Origin: Camelus dromedarius
Lineage: Eukaryota
Direction of reading: 5' to 3'
Assembly: GCF_036321535.1 (NCBI RefSeq)
Contig: NC_087437.1
Location: forward strand, 20,772,001-20,832,000
Length of the DNA stretch: 60,000 nt
Of the stretch, positions 12,479 to 23,526 are shown piece after piece (the first letter of the stretch is position 1; every line of letters begins with the position of its first letter). Made by a program: the position numbers and the translations under genes. A model generated the notes under the pieces. The model saw only the letters and a program-made list of their open reading frames with translations, did not search any database and was not told the origin of the DNA.

Positions 12479-12605
12479 GTCACGCTCCGCATCATTTTAA
12501 GCTGGTCTCCGTGCATGTGTTCATTCGACACGGGGACAGGTACCCACTGTATGTCATTCCCAAAACGAAGCGCCCAGAAATTGACTGCACTCTGGTGGCT
12601 AACAG
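12479..12605 (+). CDS. PXYLP1: PXYLP1 coding exon (127 bp) with catalytic RHGDRYP motif
   Basis: ctctcttgcag acceptor and AG|gtaaat donor; GHAPHHFKLVSVHVFIRHGDRYPLYVIPKTKRPEIDCTLVANR; RHGxRxP histidine-phosphatase signature. Confidence 0.97.
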
Positions 12606-15600
12606 GTAAATTGCACTTTTCCTAAAAGTCATTTTCAATAGTCTGTTGTCTCAGTTAGAATCAAAAGGCTGACTGGAGAATTACAGGACAGGGGAGTGGC
12701 CTACATTTGTCTAGTGAGTACTGTTTGCCGGGAGTCTGATCTTCAGAACAATCCTGCAGGTTAATCCCATTTCACAATTGAGAGGACAGAGGCCCAGAGA
12801 GGTGAGGGCACCTGTATAAGGCCACACAGCAGATAAACTGAGATTTGCGCCCAGGCCTGACTGCTGTCTGCAGTCTCCCATCCTGCTGTTCTTCAGTTTG
12901 AGAAATGGCTGGGAGCACTGGGTTAGGAGTCCTTGGATCCTGACTTGGCTGTTCCCATTCAGGGCAGCAGGTAAGTCCCTGAGTCTCTCTGAGCCTCAGC
13001 TTTCTCTCTCAAAAATGGGGATGACGACTCTGACCATGCAGGGTTGGGATGAAAAGTAAGTGTGATGATAGAGGAGGAGGCACATTACCAGTTGCAAAGC
13101 CATATACATGGAAGACATTCCTTCAACCTTTTCATTCTTCATGGGAGTAGAGACAGCTTGCTCTTGGTTGAGAGCCCTTAGGCTGAAAAATATTTGCAAA
13201 GAGAGTAGAAATTGTGCATATGGAAATGACATGGCACTAAAATGAGAGGCACAGGTAGCAATAAATTGATGGGCCAGGCCTCAGCAAATGTGTTGGGGGG
13301 CATGTAACATCCCTGGCAGATTTACTGAATGAGCAGAGGGGATGGGGGGCATGCTCCATGACAAAGATGTTATTTTGACGGAATGCTTTGGGTGCCAGCT
13401 CACCCCAGGTCGCACTAGCCTGGTGGAACCACGGATGGCCTCCCTGCAGCCAGGGCCGTTTGTTCACAGTGGGCTACAGTGTGGATCCAGGAGTTCCAGG
13501 CTAACCCTCTGCATCTCAGCCTTCTTATTGTCCGGTATCCTGGGGGAGACGAAGTGAGCCATTTTATGTAGAAACATCATGAAACTCCATGTCATTCTAG
13601 GGTTTCATGTCCTGCCGGAGGTCATGAAGTCCTGAGGATTTGGGCCTTCTTTTCTGTGTTCAGCAAGTGTGGGCACCTATCCTTGTGTCTCACGGGCTGG
13701 AAAACACCCTGGGTCGAGTCCAGCCCATGTCAGAGCCCATGGAGAAGACACTGGCTTTCTTCCTCATCTCTAGCCTTTCTGCTGGGACCCTCTCCCACTG
13801 CCAACCACGGCTTGCTGGCCCCTCACCCTTCAGGCCTTCACACCTGCCATTTGGCTTGCTGGATGCCTTCTGTAGCTCCTTTGAGGCCCCCTGGGATGTT
13901 ACCCCTTCTTGGAAACCTCTCTCAATATATGAGGAGAGATTCTCTGCTTGTATCAGGCGCTGCCTCTGCCTCACTCAACCTGAAAACGGGATGTACAGGA
14001 GGGGTCTCAGAACAAAATGTTTAATGACTAGACCTTAGCTGGCCTTAGGACTAGGGCAGGGGTGGAGGCTACTTGCTGTGCTGGGCATTAACCCTTTACT
14101 CTCTGGGCTGGAGCATCGGGGGTGGCAGGAGGACACAGGGTAGGGTGCAGGGAGGGCAGCGAGGGGAAGTGGCTTTGCTCCTTTGGGCACAGCGGGGCTT
14201 CAGTGTGCTAACAGCTGGCACAGGCCTGCTGTCCCACGCTGATTGATATGTGCCCTATGAGTAGCCCGCGGACAGAGAGGCCACTAGGCCTCTGAGCTGG
14301 CCAGACCCAGGGCAGCCTCAGCCTGTGGAAGTTACCTTGCTTCAGCCCTGGCAGCTGGCAGCTTCTGCTCGCTTTTCTCTTGCTGGGTTTCAGAGTCCCA
14401 GGCGTGAGAATGGATCTGCCTACAGACTGGTCAGCTATTGCTGGAAGGCCCCTGGACACCTTGAGGCCTCTGGGGGCCACCTGGCTCTTCCCAGAGACGG
14501 GGCCCCTTGGGCAGGGCCGCAGGGCAGCGTGCAGGCCTCCGCTGGGCGCACTATAGCTTGTCCTCCCAGCATCGTTGTCTCTGCCCTCCCTGCACCACCA
14601 GCTCCCCAGGACATTGGGTCTTACTCTTTCCTGGATCACTGGTGTCCAGCCCAAGCCTGGTGTGTAAGAGTTGCTGGTCTGGGTTGGTTGCAGAGTGAAT
14701 TCAGAACCTCAGTGAGAACCACAGGTCGTAATTGCCTGTCATGTATCTGTCACAGTAGATTTGAGCCTCTACCACAGAATCCAATCCTCTGAGGCCATGG
14801 TCACCTATTTGATGTAGGGCAAATCTTTTTACCTCTCTGGGCCTCAACATTCTGTTCTGGAACATGGGGATAGTAATGCCTCCCTATAGCATCCTTGTGA
14901 GGTCTAACTAAAGTGACAGAGTAAAGCACTGAGCCCGGTCCCCGCTGAGAGCCTGAGACATGGAGTTTTCTGTCCCGCAGCAGCCTGGAGCCTTCCGGGC
15001 CCAGCCTCCTTTCCTGACGAGGCCAGGCCAGGTCCCAGGGCCCCTCGTTCTGCCACAGCGACAGCAGGCCCCTGTGACAGGGCCGCTTCCGGAGCTCCCA
15101 CTCTAGAGGCGCGATTCTGAGGACCGGCTGCCTGAGCTGCATCTGCCTTCATTTCCCCCGGCCTTGAACTTCTGGCCTTGTTCTATTCTGTCCAACACTG
15201 TATTTTTACGAGCTGCTTTCAATCGTTTATAGAAAGTGGGTAGAGTATGCATGTTTAATTAATTCATGTCACTTAACAAATTCCATCTTTAAAAACAATA
15301 GAAGTTGATTTGTCATTACAAACACGCATATCACGGAAGAGTGAGCAGGACTCCCAGCAAAGCGGACCCACTTTGGGCCTCTGCCTCCCCTGGGACTGTG
15401 GGATCTGGGCCAGCAGCTGTGCCTGCTGCCTTCCAGGTGCCAGTTCAGCTTCATGAATGATTAATTTTTATGGCCTCCTTGAAGGCAGTGCATCCTGAAG
15501 TGTGCCCATTACCCTGGTCTGGTGAAGGGGACTGTCTGGGCCAGCACGTGGGGTGTAGGGAGCTGAGTCAGTAGGGGCCAGACACCCCCATGTTTCCCTC

Positions 15601-15875
15601 CACAAGGACACCTATCCTGGCTCTGAAGGTCTTTGCAGTGGAAGCTGCCTCTTCGTGAATGTCACACACCTTGTGACAAAGGTGCTTTTTTTTAAACCCT
15701 CACAGGACTACGTTCAGCCAGCAGGAAGGTTATTACCATCAATAGGCTGTGCTTAGTCAACACTTTTTGGTTTGTTTTTTTTTTTTTTTGCATTCATGAA
15801 TAGGAATTAGATATTCTTTTCTACATCCGAGGAAGTGAAGATTCAATCAGCATTTATTCAATACATTTTGTTTTT

Positions 15876-16000
15876 ATTTTTTATTTTTATTTTATTTTTA
15901 AAAAAATTTAATTCTTTTTTTGTTTTTAATGGAGGTACTGGGGATTGACTTGGTGCATGCTAAGCACGTGCTCTACCACTGAGCTATACCCTCCTCCCCC
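15876..16000 (-). mobile_element. tRNA-Ala-derived SINE (camelid Vic-1-like)
   Basis: Reverse complement gggtatagctcagtggtagagcacgtgcttagcatgcac...tcaatccccagtacctcca plus A-rich tail; TSD catttt(g/a)ttttt at 15864 and 16001. Confidence 0.85.
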
Positions 16001-16009
16001 CATTTTATT

Positions 16010-18060
16010 TTTAAACACCTATCACATGGCAGGTACTGTCACACATGCCTGGCTCATTTAACAGGAGGTGGCACGCGAGCAGACACCTCAGAGGTGTGAA
16101 GGAGCCAGTCCTGTGACGATCTGGGGAAGGAGGATGGAGGGACTAGCAAGTGCAAAGGGCCTGGGGCTAGAAGAGCTGGGCATGAGTAACAAAAAGGCCA
16201 ATGTGTGGCTGGACTGCAGGAATGAAGGGGAGAGGAGCTTCTGAGGGTTCCCAGAAGAAAAGCTATTTCTGCGCTCGGAGGGCCCACTCACCCTGGAAAG
16301 ACAGATGCGGTGTGTGGTGCAAGAGCGGCCTCAGTGAGCTGTGGCCAGTGCAGGTATAGCAGCAGCAGGAGGATTAGAGAACAATGTGGAAAAAGAGTAA
16401 GAAGAAGTGGAAGTAGTTTGGGTATCATATCTGGGGTATGAGCCAGAAGACGGCAGCTGGACCCAGCTTGGGGCAAGGAGGAGAGGTGGGGTGGGAGATC
16501 GGGAAAGGCACCAAGAGAAAGGGACCCAGTGGGTGGGCAGGAACAAGTCACATAACAGCCAATGATAAACAGTCCCTGGGGTGGTGAGACCTACCTGTGC
16601 GAAGGTGTGGGGAGGTGGACAGCCCAGCCATGGGCTTGAGCTTGGAGTGGAGAAGGGTAGGAACTAGGTCATCTGATGCTTTGAATGCCCAGCTAAGGAG
16701 TGTGGACTCCAAGTGTGAAGGTGGTCAGAGAGCTGGAGAGGGAAGGGGTGAAATTCTGCTGATCTCCAGCCACCGTGAGGTGGAGGATGGATTGGAAGCT
16801 GGTGGTGGTGGTTCCATTATGACAGGGACAGCGATTCAGAAGAGAGCCTGCACAGTCAGAGCCCAGGAACTTAAAATGACCTGCAAGACCCTTTGTACTC
16901 TCCCTCCTTCCCTTGCCCGTCAGACCCGCCCTGCTCCCCTCCTCGTCCTCATTCATCCGCTTCAGCCACTCTGACCCCCACTCTGCTTCCCGCTGCCGAT
17001 GGCAGGGCTTTTGTGGTGACTGTGTCCTCTCTCTAGGTGGCTGTTCCCTGGGTAGCTTTATGGCCATTTCTCTCACCTCCTTCCAGTCTTTACTCAAATG
17101 TCACCTTCTCAGTAAGATGACTCAGAACTCTGCAGTTAAAATACCAGTGCGCTCTCCACTCTCCTTCCACCCAAGTCTCCAGGTCTCCCTTACCTTGCTC
17201 TTCCATGTAATAAATTCATCAGCATTTCACAGCCTCTGTTACCTTCTAACACACACACACAGACACACACACACACTCATTTAGCGTGTTCACTATATGT
17301 TATCTGTTTCCCCAAGCTAGAATGTAAGCTCCCTGAAGGCAGTGGTTTTTATTTGTTTTTGTTGAGTGCAGGTGTATCCCAAGTACCTAGGACAGTGCCT
17401 GGCACATGGGAAGAGCATGATTAAGTGTTGGTTAAGTGAATAAATGATTCATTCTGGAACTCACAGAGATGGAGAGAGGGGGTGGATCTGAGAGAATATC
17501 ACAAGGTGGGATTATAGGACCTGGTGACAGGTTGGATGGGGGTGAGGAAGAGAGAGAGGATGGTGCCCCAGTTTCTGATTGGGTCTCTGGCTGGTGGTGG
17601 TGCCCCTCCCCAAAAGAGAGAGCACGGAAGAGGGGAGGGTTGGGAGCAAAGTTATATGGACGGGTCTCTGTTTTCAGTCTGTGCTGTCATCAGATTCCAA
17701 GTGATGATTTCTGGAAGGTGGTAAAGGCTGAGTAGTTGTGGGGCTCAGGAACATGGTCTTCCAGGGAGATAGAGGTTGATTTCAGAGTTCGGCATGTCGA
17801 TGGTAGCCGAAGCGCTGGGCTTCAATTAGGTATCATACACAGAGCCTGAGGAGCAAGGGAAGGGCCCAAAACAGAGTCCTGTAAGAGCACCAACCAATGA
17901 TAGCCCAGAGAGAAAGGAGGGTCCCCAGAGGAGATGGTGAGCGGATAGGAAGAAGGCAGGAGTGTGATGTTATGAGAGCTAAGGAAGGGGGCGTTCAGTG
18001 GGTAAGCACATCAAACAGAGCAAAGTGGTCCAGAAAGTGAAAGACTTAGAAGAGTATACT
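16010..18060. mobile_element. Cluster of degenerate L2 fragments in both orientations
   Basis: L2-type text such as ctagaatgtaagctccctgaaggcag...gtacctaggacagtgcctggcacat...gaataaatga (~17040-17450, +) and purine-rich minus-strand L2 pieces. Confidence 0.6.
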
Positions 18061-18090
18061 GAGTTCATATTTTGAGAATTTCATTTTACT

Positions 18091-18214
18091 GGGGGGAGGG
18101 TAGAGTTCAGTGGTAAAGCGCATGCTTAGCATGCACAAGGTCCTGAGTTCAATCCCCAGTACCTCCATTAAAAATAAATAAATAAATAACCCCCCAAATA
18201 AATAAATAAATAAA
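18091..18214 (+). mobile_element. tRNA-Ala-derived SINE (camelid Vic-1-like)
   Basis: gggtagagttcagtggtaaagcgcatgcttagcatgcacaaggtcctgagttcaatccccagtacctcca, (AAAT)n tail, TSD ttcatttta(c/t)t at 18080 and 18215. Confidence 0.9.
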
Positions 18215-18664
18215 TTCATTTTATTAATAATATAAAATAATAAATTCTTTAATTTGCATAAATTATAAAAATCAGTGGTATATGCTTATTCCAGTCTCCA
18301 GCCATATCAGGTTTTGAATTGTGTTTTCTGGTAAGAGTGTCACTGGTCTTACACGTCTCCTCTGCTTGCCTCAATGTTCTGTGCAGAACTCAGTAATTGC
18401 TCAGATTATGGCTACAGCACAATACATTTTCTCATGGGTGTGGAGATCAGCCTCAGGGTTCTGTCTTGAGCTTTGTGGCATAAGTAGGTGTGGAAAATGC
18501 ATATAAAAATGTAAATAAGAGCTCTGAAGTAAATTCTTTGAAGGCCTACAGTAGTAGCAGTGCTGGGTCTTTCAATTTTCAGTATGAAGGTAGGTTTCTA
18601 ACGAGGCTACAATAGCATGAGTTTTTCTTGAAGAAAAACTTATCGTCACAGATATAATCATTTT

Positions 18665-19085
18665 TGTGTTAGTCAGGGTAAGGCTAGGTTGCATGCTGTT
18701 ATAAAAGAGAGCCAAGAATGCATTGGCTTAAATCACAGCGATTTCTCTCTTCCTTGCATGAAGTTCTGAGATGAGTGTTCCAGGTTGTATGACTTGTCTC
18801 CACCTGTTCATTCAGGGCCCCAGGTTCCTTCTGGGTTGTTGCTCCCACCATGCCTTAGGGACGTCTATGTGACTGCACCTGGGTTGCTGCTGTGCCTCAG
18901 TAGTGGCCAGAGGGAAGGAAGAGAGTGTGAAGGGGGCACACCAGGATCTGAAAGCCTAAACCCAGATGGGTGGATGTCCTTCCACTCCATTGGCGGGTAC
19001 TTAGTCACGTGGCTCTAACTGCCACGAGCACCTTAGAAATGGGATCTAATCAAGTGTTCAGGAAGAGGAGGAAAGATTGTAGTAC
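18665..19085 (-). mobile_element. Old MaLR LTR (MLT1-type)
   Basis: tgtgttagtcagggtaaggctaggttg...tggcttaaa start typical of MLT1. Confidence 0.5.
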
Positions 19086-19090
19086 ATAAC

Positions 19091-19551
19091 TGTTGAAGAA
19101 GAACCAGAGCCAGACAGAAGGTAAAGCAGGAAAAACAGATCTTACTCAGGAATTAATGCAGTAGGAGAAAAGAGACCTTGGTATAGAACTGGGCTCAGTT
19201 CCAAACACAGCCTGGACAAGTGGGGATTGGGAGCCAAGCAGCAGGGTGGGAGTCAGTGGATGGAAGATTACTAAGAGGAGCCACCAAGGGTGAGGGGGTT
19301 CTGGCTAAAGAACTCATGCTGAAGGCAGACCAGAGTGATCAGATACCACTGGGGGATGAGGAATTTGATCAGATACCAGGGGTGATCAGATATCAAGAGT
19401 GGGAGGTTCTGTCTAAACCCACCTAGCAGGATTTAGCAGCATGCAAAGGCAGACGTAAAGCCAAAGGACATGAAAGTCCAGAGGTCCAGGCCCAGGTTGG
19501 GAAGAGGTTCAGAGGAGACTAAAGTTTGGTCAAAGAGAGTTTGGTCTGTCA
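19091..19551 (-). mobile_element. ERV1 LTR (MER31/MER67-like)
   Basis: TG...CA ends; reverse complement begins tgacagaccaaactctctttgaccaaactttagtc, like recalled MER31; internal gatcagata repeats. Confidence 0.65.
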
Positions 19552-20550
19552 CAAGTCAGTCTCACTCACAACAGCCTTCATTTTTAATATTTCCATCAAA
19601 ATCTGAATATTTTAATAAGCACTGTGGGAACATGCCATATTCATTGCTACAGATTATAGAAGGCTTACATTTTTCTTGAAGCATCTAAAGATGGGGCATT
19701 TCCCAGTTGAATTCATTCACACATGTCTCCACCATGTGCTAGGTAGGTACCCTCTCAGCTCCAGGGATGGAGCAGTGGATGAGGCAGTCAGGACCTGGTC
19801 ATTCAGTTCCTGGACAGGCCCGGGGACTCAGGCTACCTGGTCCTCTTCCTGTTTAAAAGACCAAGTCGTTTGGTATCTCTTCTGGAAGTGAAGTTTTTCT
19901 TCCATGCATCTTCATCTTTCCCTATCAAAAACAAGTTCTCATAAATACAGTTGGATATTAACGCATCATTAAGTCATCAGATGCCCAGAAAATCCACGAC
20001 ATCTTGGCAAACACTGTCAGTCATGAAATTGCACTTCTAAAATGGTAGCAAAGCTTTGTCAGATCCTCAAAAAATTCTCCAACCTGAAATAATGGCCTGG
20101 AGCAGAATATTTGACTCCTGTTGATGGCTGGCCTTTGTTTATAAGGATTTGTTTTGGCAGCCTCATTATCAAGTCTGGACGTTTTATTCCCAGCTTGTGA
20201 ATATTTATGTGTTCTAGCCTCAGGAGAAAGAACATATTCTCTGTTTTTTAGGGAAAGCCATAATGCCCTGCAGCCACCAGGGTGACTTATTAGAATGCAC
20301 TGCATCAGGATTAGCAGTCTCTAATTTTGAAACATATTTTTGTAATGGGTTTTTTTTTTAGCTTTATGTTTTTGAGAGATAATAAACCCATTTTGGCAGC
20401 CCTGGTAAAAGCACTGCCAAAGTTAATTAGCCTTTCAGATAGCAGGGAACTGCCGTTAAATAATGTATCTTTGCTTCTTTTCATGCCGATTTAGTTTAGT
20501 TGGGAACTACTCTATCTGTCCGCCTCTGTTCAGCTGGACGATGTATAAAC

Positions 20551-20669
20551 ATTCATAGGCCATTTCATTATTCAAAGAAAAGGTGGGGATATTCATTGGT
20601 CATCTCATTATTCAGAGAAAATGTGTATGTATTCATAGGTCGTTTCATTTTTTCAGGGAAATTGCGTGT
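20551..20669. repeat. Degenerate minisatellite, 3 x 40 bp
   Basis: Units begin attcat at 20551, 20591 and 20631. Confidence 0.85.
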
Positions 20670-21607
20670 TAGTGACTAGAACGATAAATCTTGGTTTACC
20701 AAGTGTACTTCATGGAGGAAATATAAATATCAGATCTCATAAATAACCTGTTTTTTTTTTTCACTATTCATTACCACCCCATGTTCTAGGAGATCCCATG
20801 TGTGCAAAATGCATAGTGAGCTGTAGAGATCTGGGTTATCTTCGTCAGTTATTTTCTTCACAGATTTTCCAGAGGTCACAACTGAGGGTTACCCCAGTGA
20901 AGGTTGGGGTGGGTTTTCTAGGAGAAAGAGGGAGCGTGTGGAAAGTCTTGGAAGCGTAAAGAACGAGGTGTGCTGGGGCCACAGAAGGCACATGCTGCGT
21001 GTGGCCAGAGCACAGTGTTAGGGAGCCCTGAGCCTCAAAGTGACGGGGGGCCAAAATAGACAGACAGCTGTGCATGACTCCTTCCAGGGAAGAGCAGTGA
21101 CGGTTGGGTTGCCCTTTACGTCAATCTCACTGGCAGTGGAGGAGGCAAGATGAGCCTGCAGGCGGGCTGAGGAAGAGCCCATGCCATCCAGAACCAGCCC
21201 AGGGATGCAGGGATGCGGAGGAGAGGGGTGGAGAAGCCCAGGAGAACACATGTGCAGAGGTGGGGGAGGGAGAAATGGAGGAGGACCCCCCCATCCTAAG
21301 CTTAGCTGCCGGGTGGGGGGTCTGTGCCTCCTAGAGAGGGAGACAGGAGGGGCGCGGGCTGAGGGCAGCGCTGACTCCCTCCGTGCAGAGAATGATGGGC
21401 GCTCCAGTAGAGGGCGGGGACTTGGGCTGGCCTGACGGAGTGGGGGTGTTATGTGTAGATACCAGCGGTCGAGTAAGAAAGAAATTGGAATGGACTGTGT
21501 GGGTGAGAAAGGGCATGATTCACTTGGGATCTTGCTTGCTGAAGTTGCAGTCACTGTGGACAGCTTTGGAGCAAGCTTACCACTAATCCTCTGTGTTGTC
21601 TCTTTAG

Positions 21608-21747
21608 GAAACCATATCACCCTAAGCTGGAGGCTTTCGTTAGTCACATGTCAAAAGGATCCGGAGCCTCTTTCGAAAGCCCCTTGCACTCACTGCCTCT
21701 TTACCCCAGTCACCAGCTATGTGAGATGGGAGAGCTGACGCAGACAG
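21608..21747 (+). CDS. PXYLP1: PXYLP1 coding exon (140 bp): KPYHPKLEAF...MGELTQT
   Basis: tgttgtctctttag acceptor and CAG|gtatgt donor; phases fit both flanking exons. Confidence 0.97.
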
Positions 21748-22864
21748 GTATGTGTGACCACCGTCCCCCCACGTACGCCCCCACCTGCTCCTGCATTTGG
21801 CGGACGGACATGTGCAGCAGGGCCTCCTGGGGTGGGCTCTGTGGGCGCAGGGGTGAGTCAGGACCAGCACCTCAAGTGGCCGTGAGCCTACCAAGGTATC
21901 TAACTAAACAACTGATTTCTAAAAATTAAAAATAACCTTTTTTCTTATTACAAAAACAATATATGTGCATAGAAGAGAAACTAGGAAAGATAATTAAGCA
22001 AAAGGAAGAAAAATTTAAAGCATTTATAATCCCATCAAAGAAATTAGTAATCTTTCTTCCTGTGTTTAATGAGACACCTCTGTGAGAGCACATGCGCACA
22101 CACACACACACACACTCACATATACATATACATACACACAGTGGTATCTTATTAATCACACTATTTTCTAACCCACTTTTTCATATAACAATATATTGTG
22201 ATAATCTTGCCCTATCAATAATTCATCAACATCTCTTTTGATGGCTGCATATTATTCCACTGTGGATGGGCCACAACTTATGTGACCAATCCCATGTTCT
22301 TACATATGTCAGACAAAACAGCTGAAAGGTTTTAATGTGCAAGATCTCAGGGAGACCTGTGAACGGCAGAGCCCCGCTGAGCATAGAGTTTGTCTGGCAA
22401 GTGGGTTCCTCACAGAAGCCTATCTCTCCCTCTACAGCCCTGTTTGTACCGTTGTGCACCCAGTTCACTGTCAGCATAGGTTGGTGAGTTAACTGTGGGG
22501 TCACCTTTGTTGGGATGAGAAGGTGCTGGTGGTCCCCTAAGACCTATTTCTTCAGTCTGAGGCCTCAAAGGACCTTTGCTTGGTCACGAGCCTTTTGGAA
22601 GGATTGGGATGACCATGTTCCGTTACCTTGTTCCAACAGCATCTTCAGCTTTGATGGAAGGAAGGTCTCCCTCCTGGTACTTGGCCCTGTTGGTTTTGCC
22701 ATATTTTAAAAGCTGTTATTACTGGGGAGAGTGATAGTAAGTGACAGAGAAGGGCAAGCTGAAGGCTCTGGAGGACTAGCCTCGAATAAGGAGTGTTGCC
22801 AAAAGCTTTTGATAATTAGTTCCACACAAACAAGCTCTGCCTTAGTTTAAAACAGTTCACCTCC

Positions 22865-23526
22865 CATCAGATCCAGTGCCCCCTTTTATTAACAAGTATT
22901 TTGTGATGTTCTTTTAACTAACCTGAAATAAATTCAAATATAACCTTTCTATAGACATAATTTAAAACAAAGTTGTATCAGGCACCCTAATTGTAATATA
23001 AAGGAACAAAAGGAAACTATTATGTACCTTCTATATATTTCAACATAAATGCTTGCGCACACCTTTACTAGAAAATAGGAGGTAACCGACTGCTTGCACT
23101 TCAGTGTAGATTGGTGTCTGTGACAGCTACAAATGTAGACGGAGGGGTGTTGTACTGGTGACTCTCATACCTCCTGTCAGGACATGATTTTTACTTTTTT
23201 GACAAGGTCTGATCAAAACAAAATACAGATGTGCCTTAGTTTATATTGCATTTCTGGAAAATTCAGAGGCTGCTAATGTTATGCAAAAATGCTTTTGTGT
23301 TTATAGACACAAAAAGCTGGATTCAAAACTGAAGTATTTAAACAGGGTTTTCGCACGTGGGAATGTCTTGTGCGTTCAAAAGCTATGTGGGGCAGAGAAG
23401 AGTTCATTGTGGAGACTGTCTAGCCCCTTGGCCCCACCCGCTAGGTGTCGGGAATGTTCTTCTCTGTGTTATTGTGGCAACCCAAACCCTCCCTGAGGGC
23501 AGAACCATACTGGCTGACGATCACTG
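22865..23526. mobile_element. hAT-Charlie DNA transposon fossil
   Basis: Degenerate Charlie-type terminus (...ttgtggcaacccaaac...gagggcagaaccatactggctgacgatcactg) and an AT-rich interior. Confidence 0.45.

Noticed and set aside
18091..18168. tRNA-Ala gene
   Set aside because: Diverged stems, (AAAT)n tail and TSD show it is a SINE.
20551..20669. CRISPR-like repeat/spacer appearance
   Set aside because: Mammalian intron, degenerate repeats, ~10 nt variable parts and no cas genes; a minisatellite.
21018..21647. 209-aa minus-strand ORF and similar long ORFs (10533-11108, 51217-51726, 14325-14792)
   Set aside because: Low-complexity Pro/Ser/Gly-rich translations of GC-rich DNA with no recognisable domain or exon structure.
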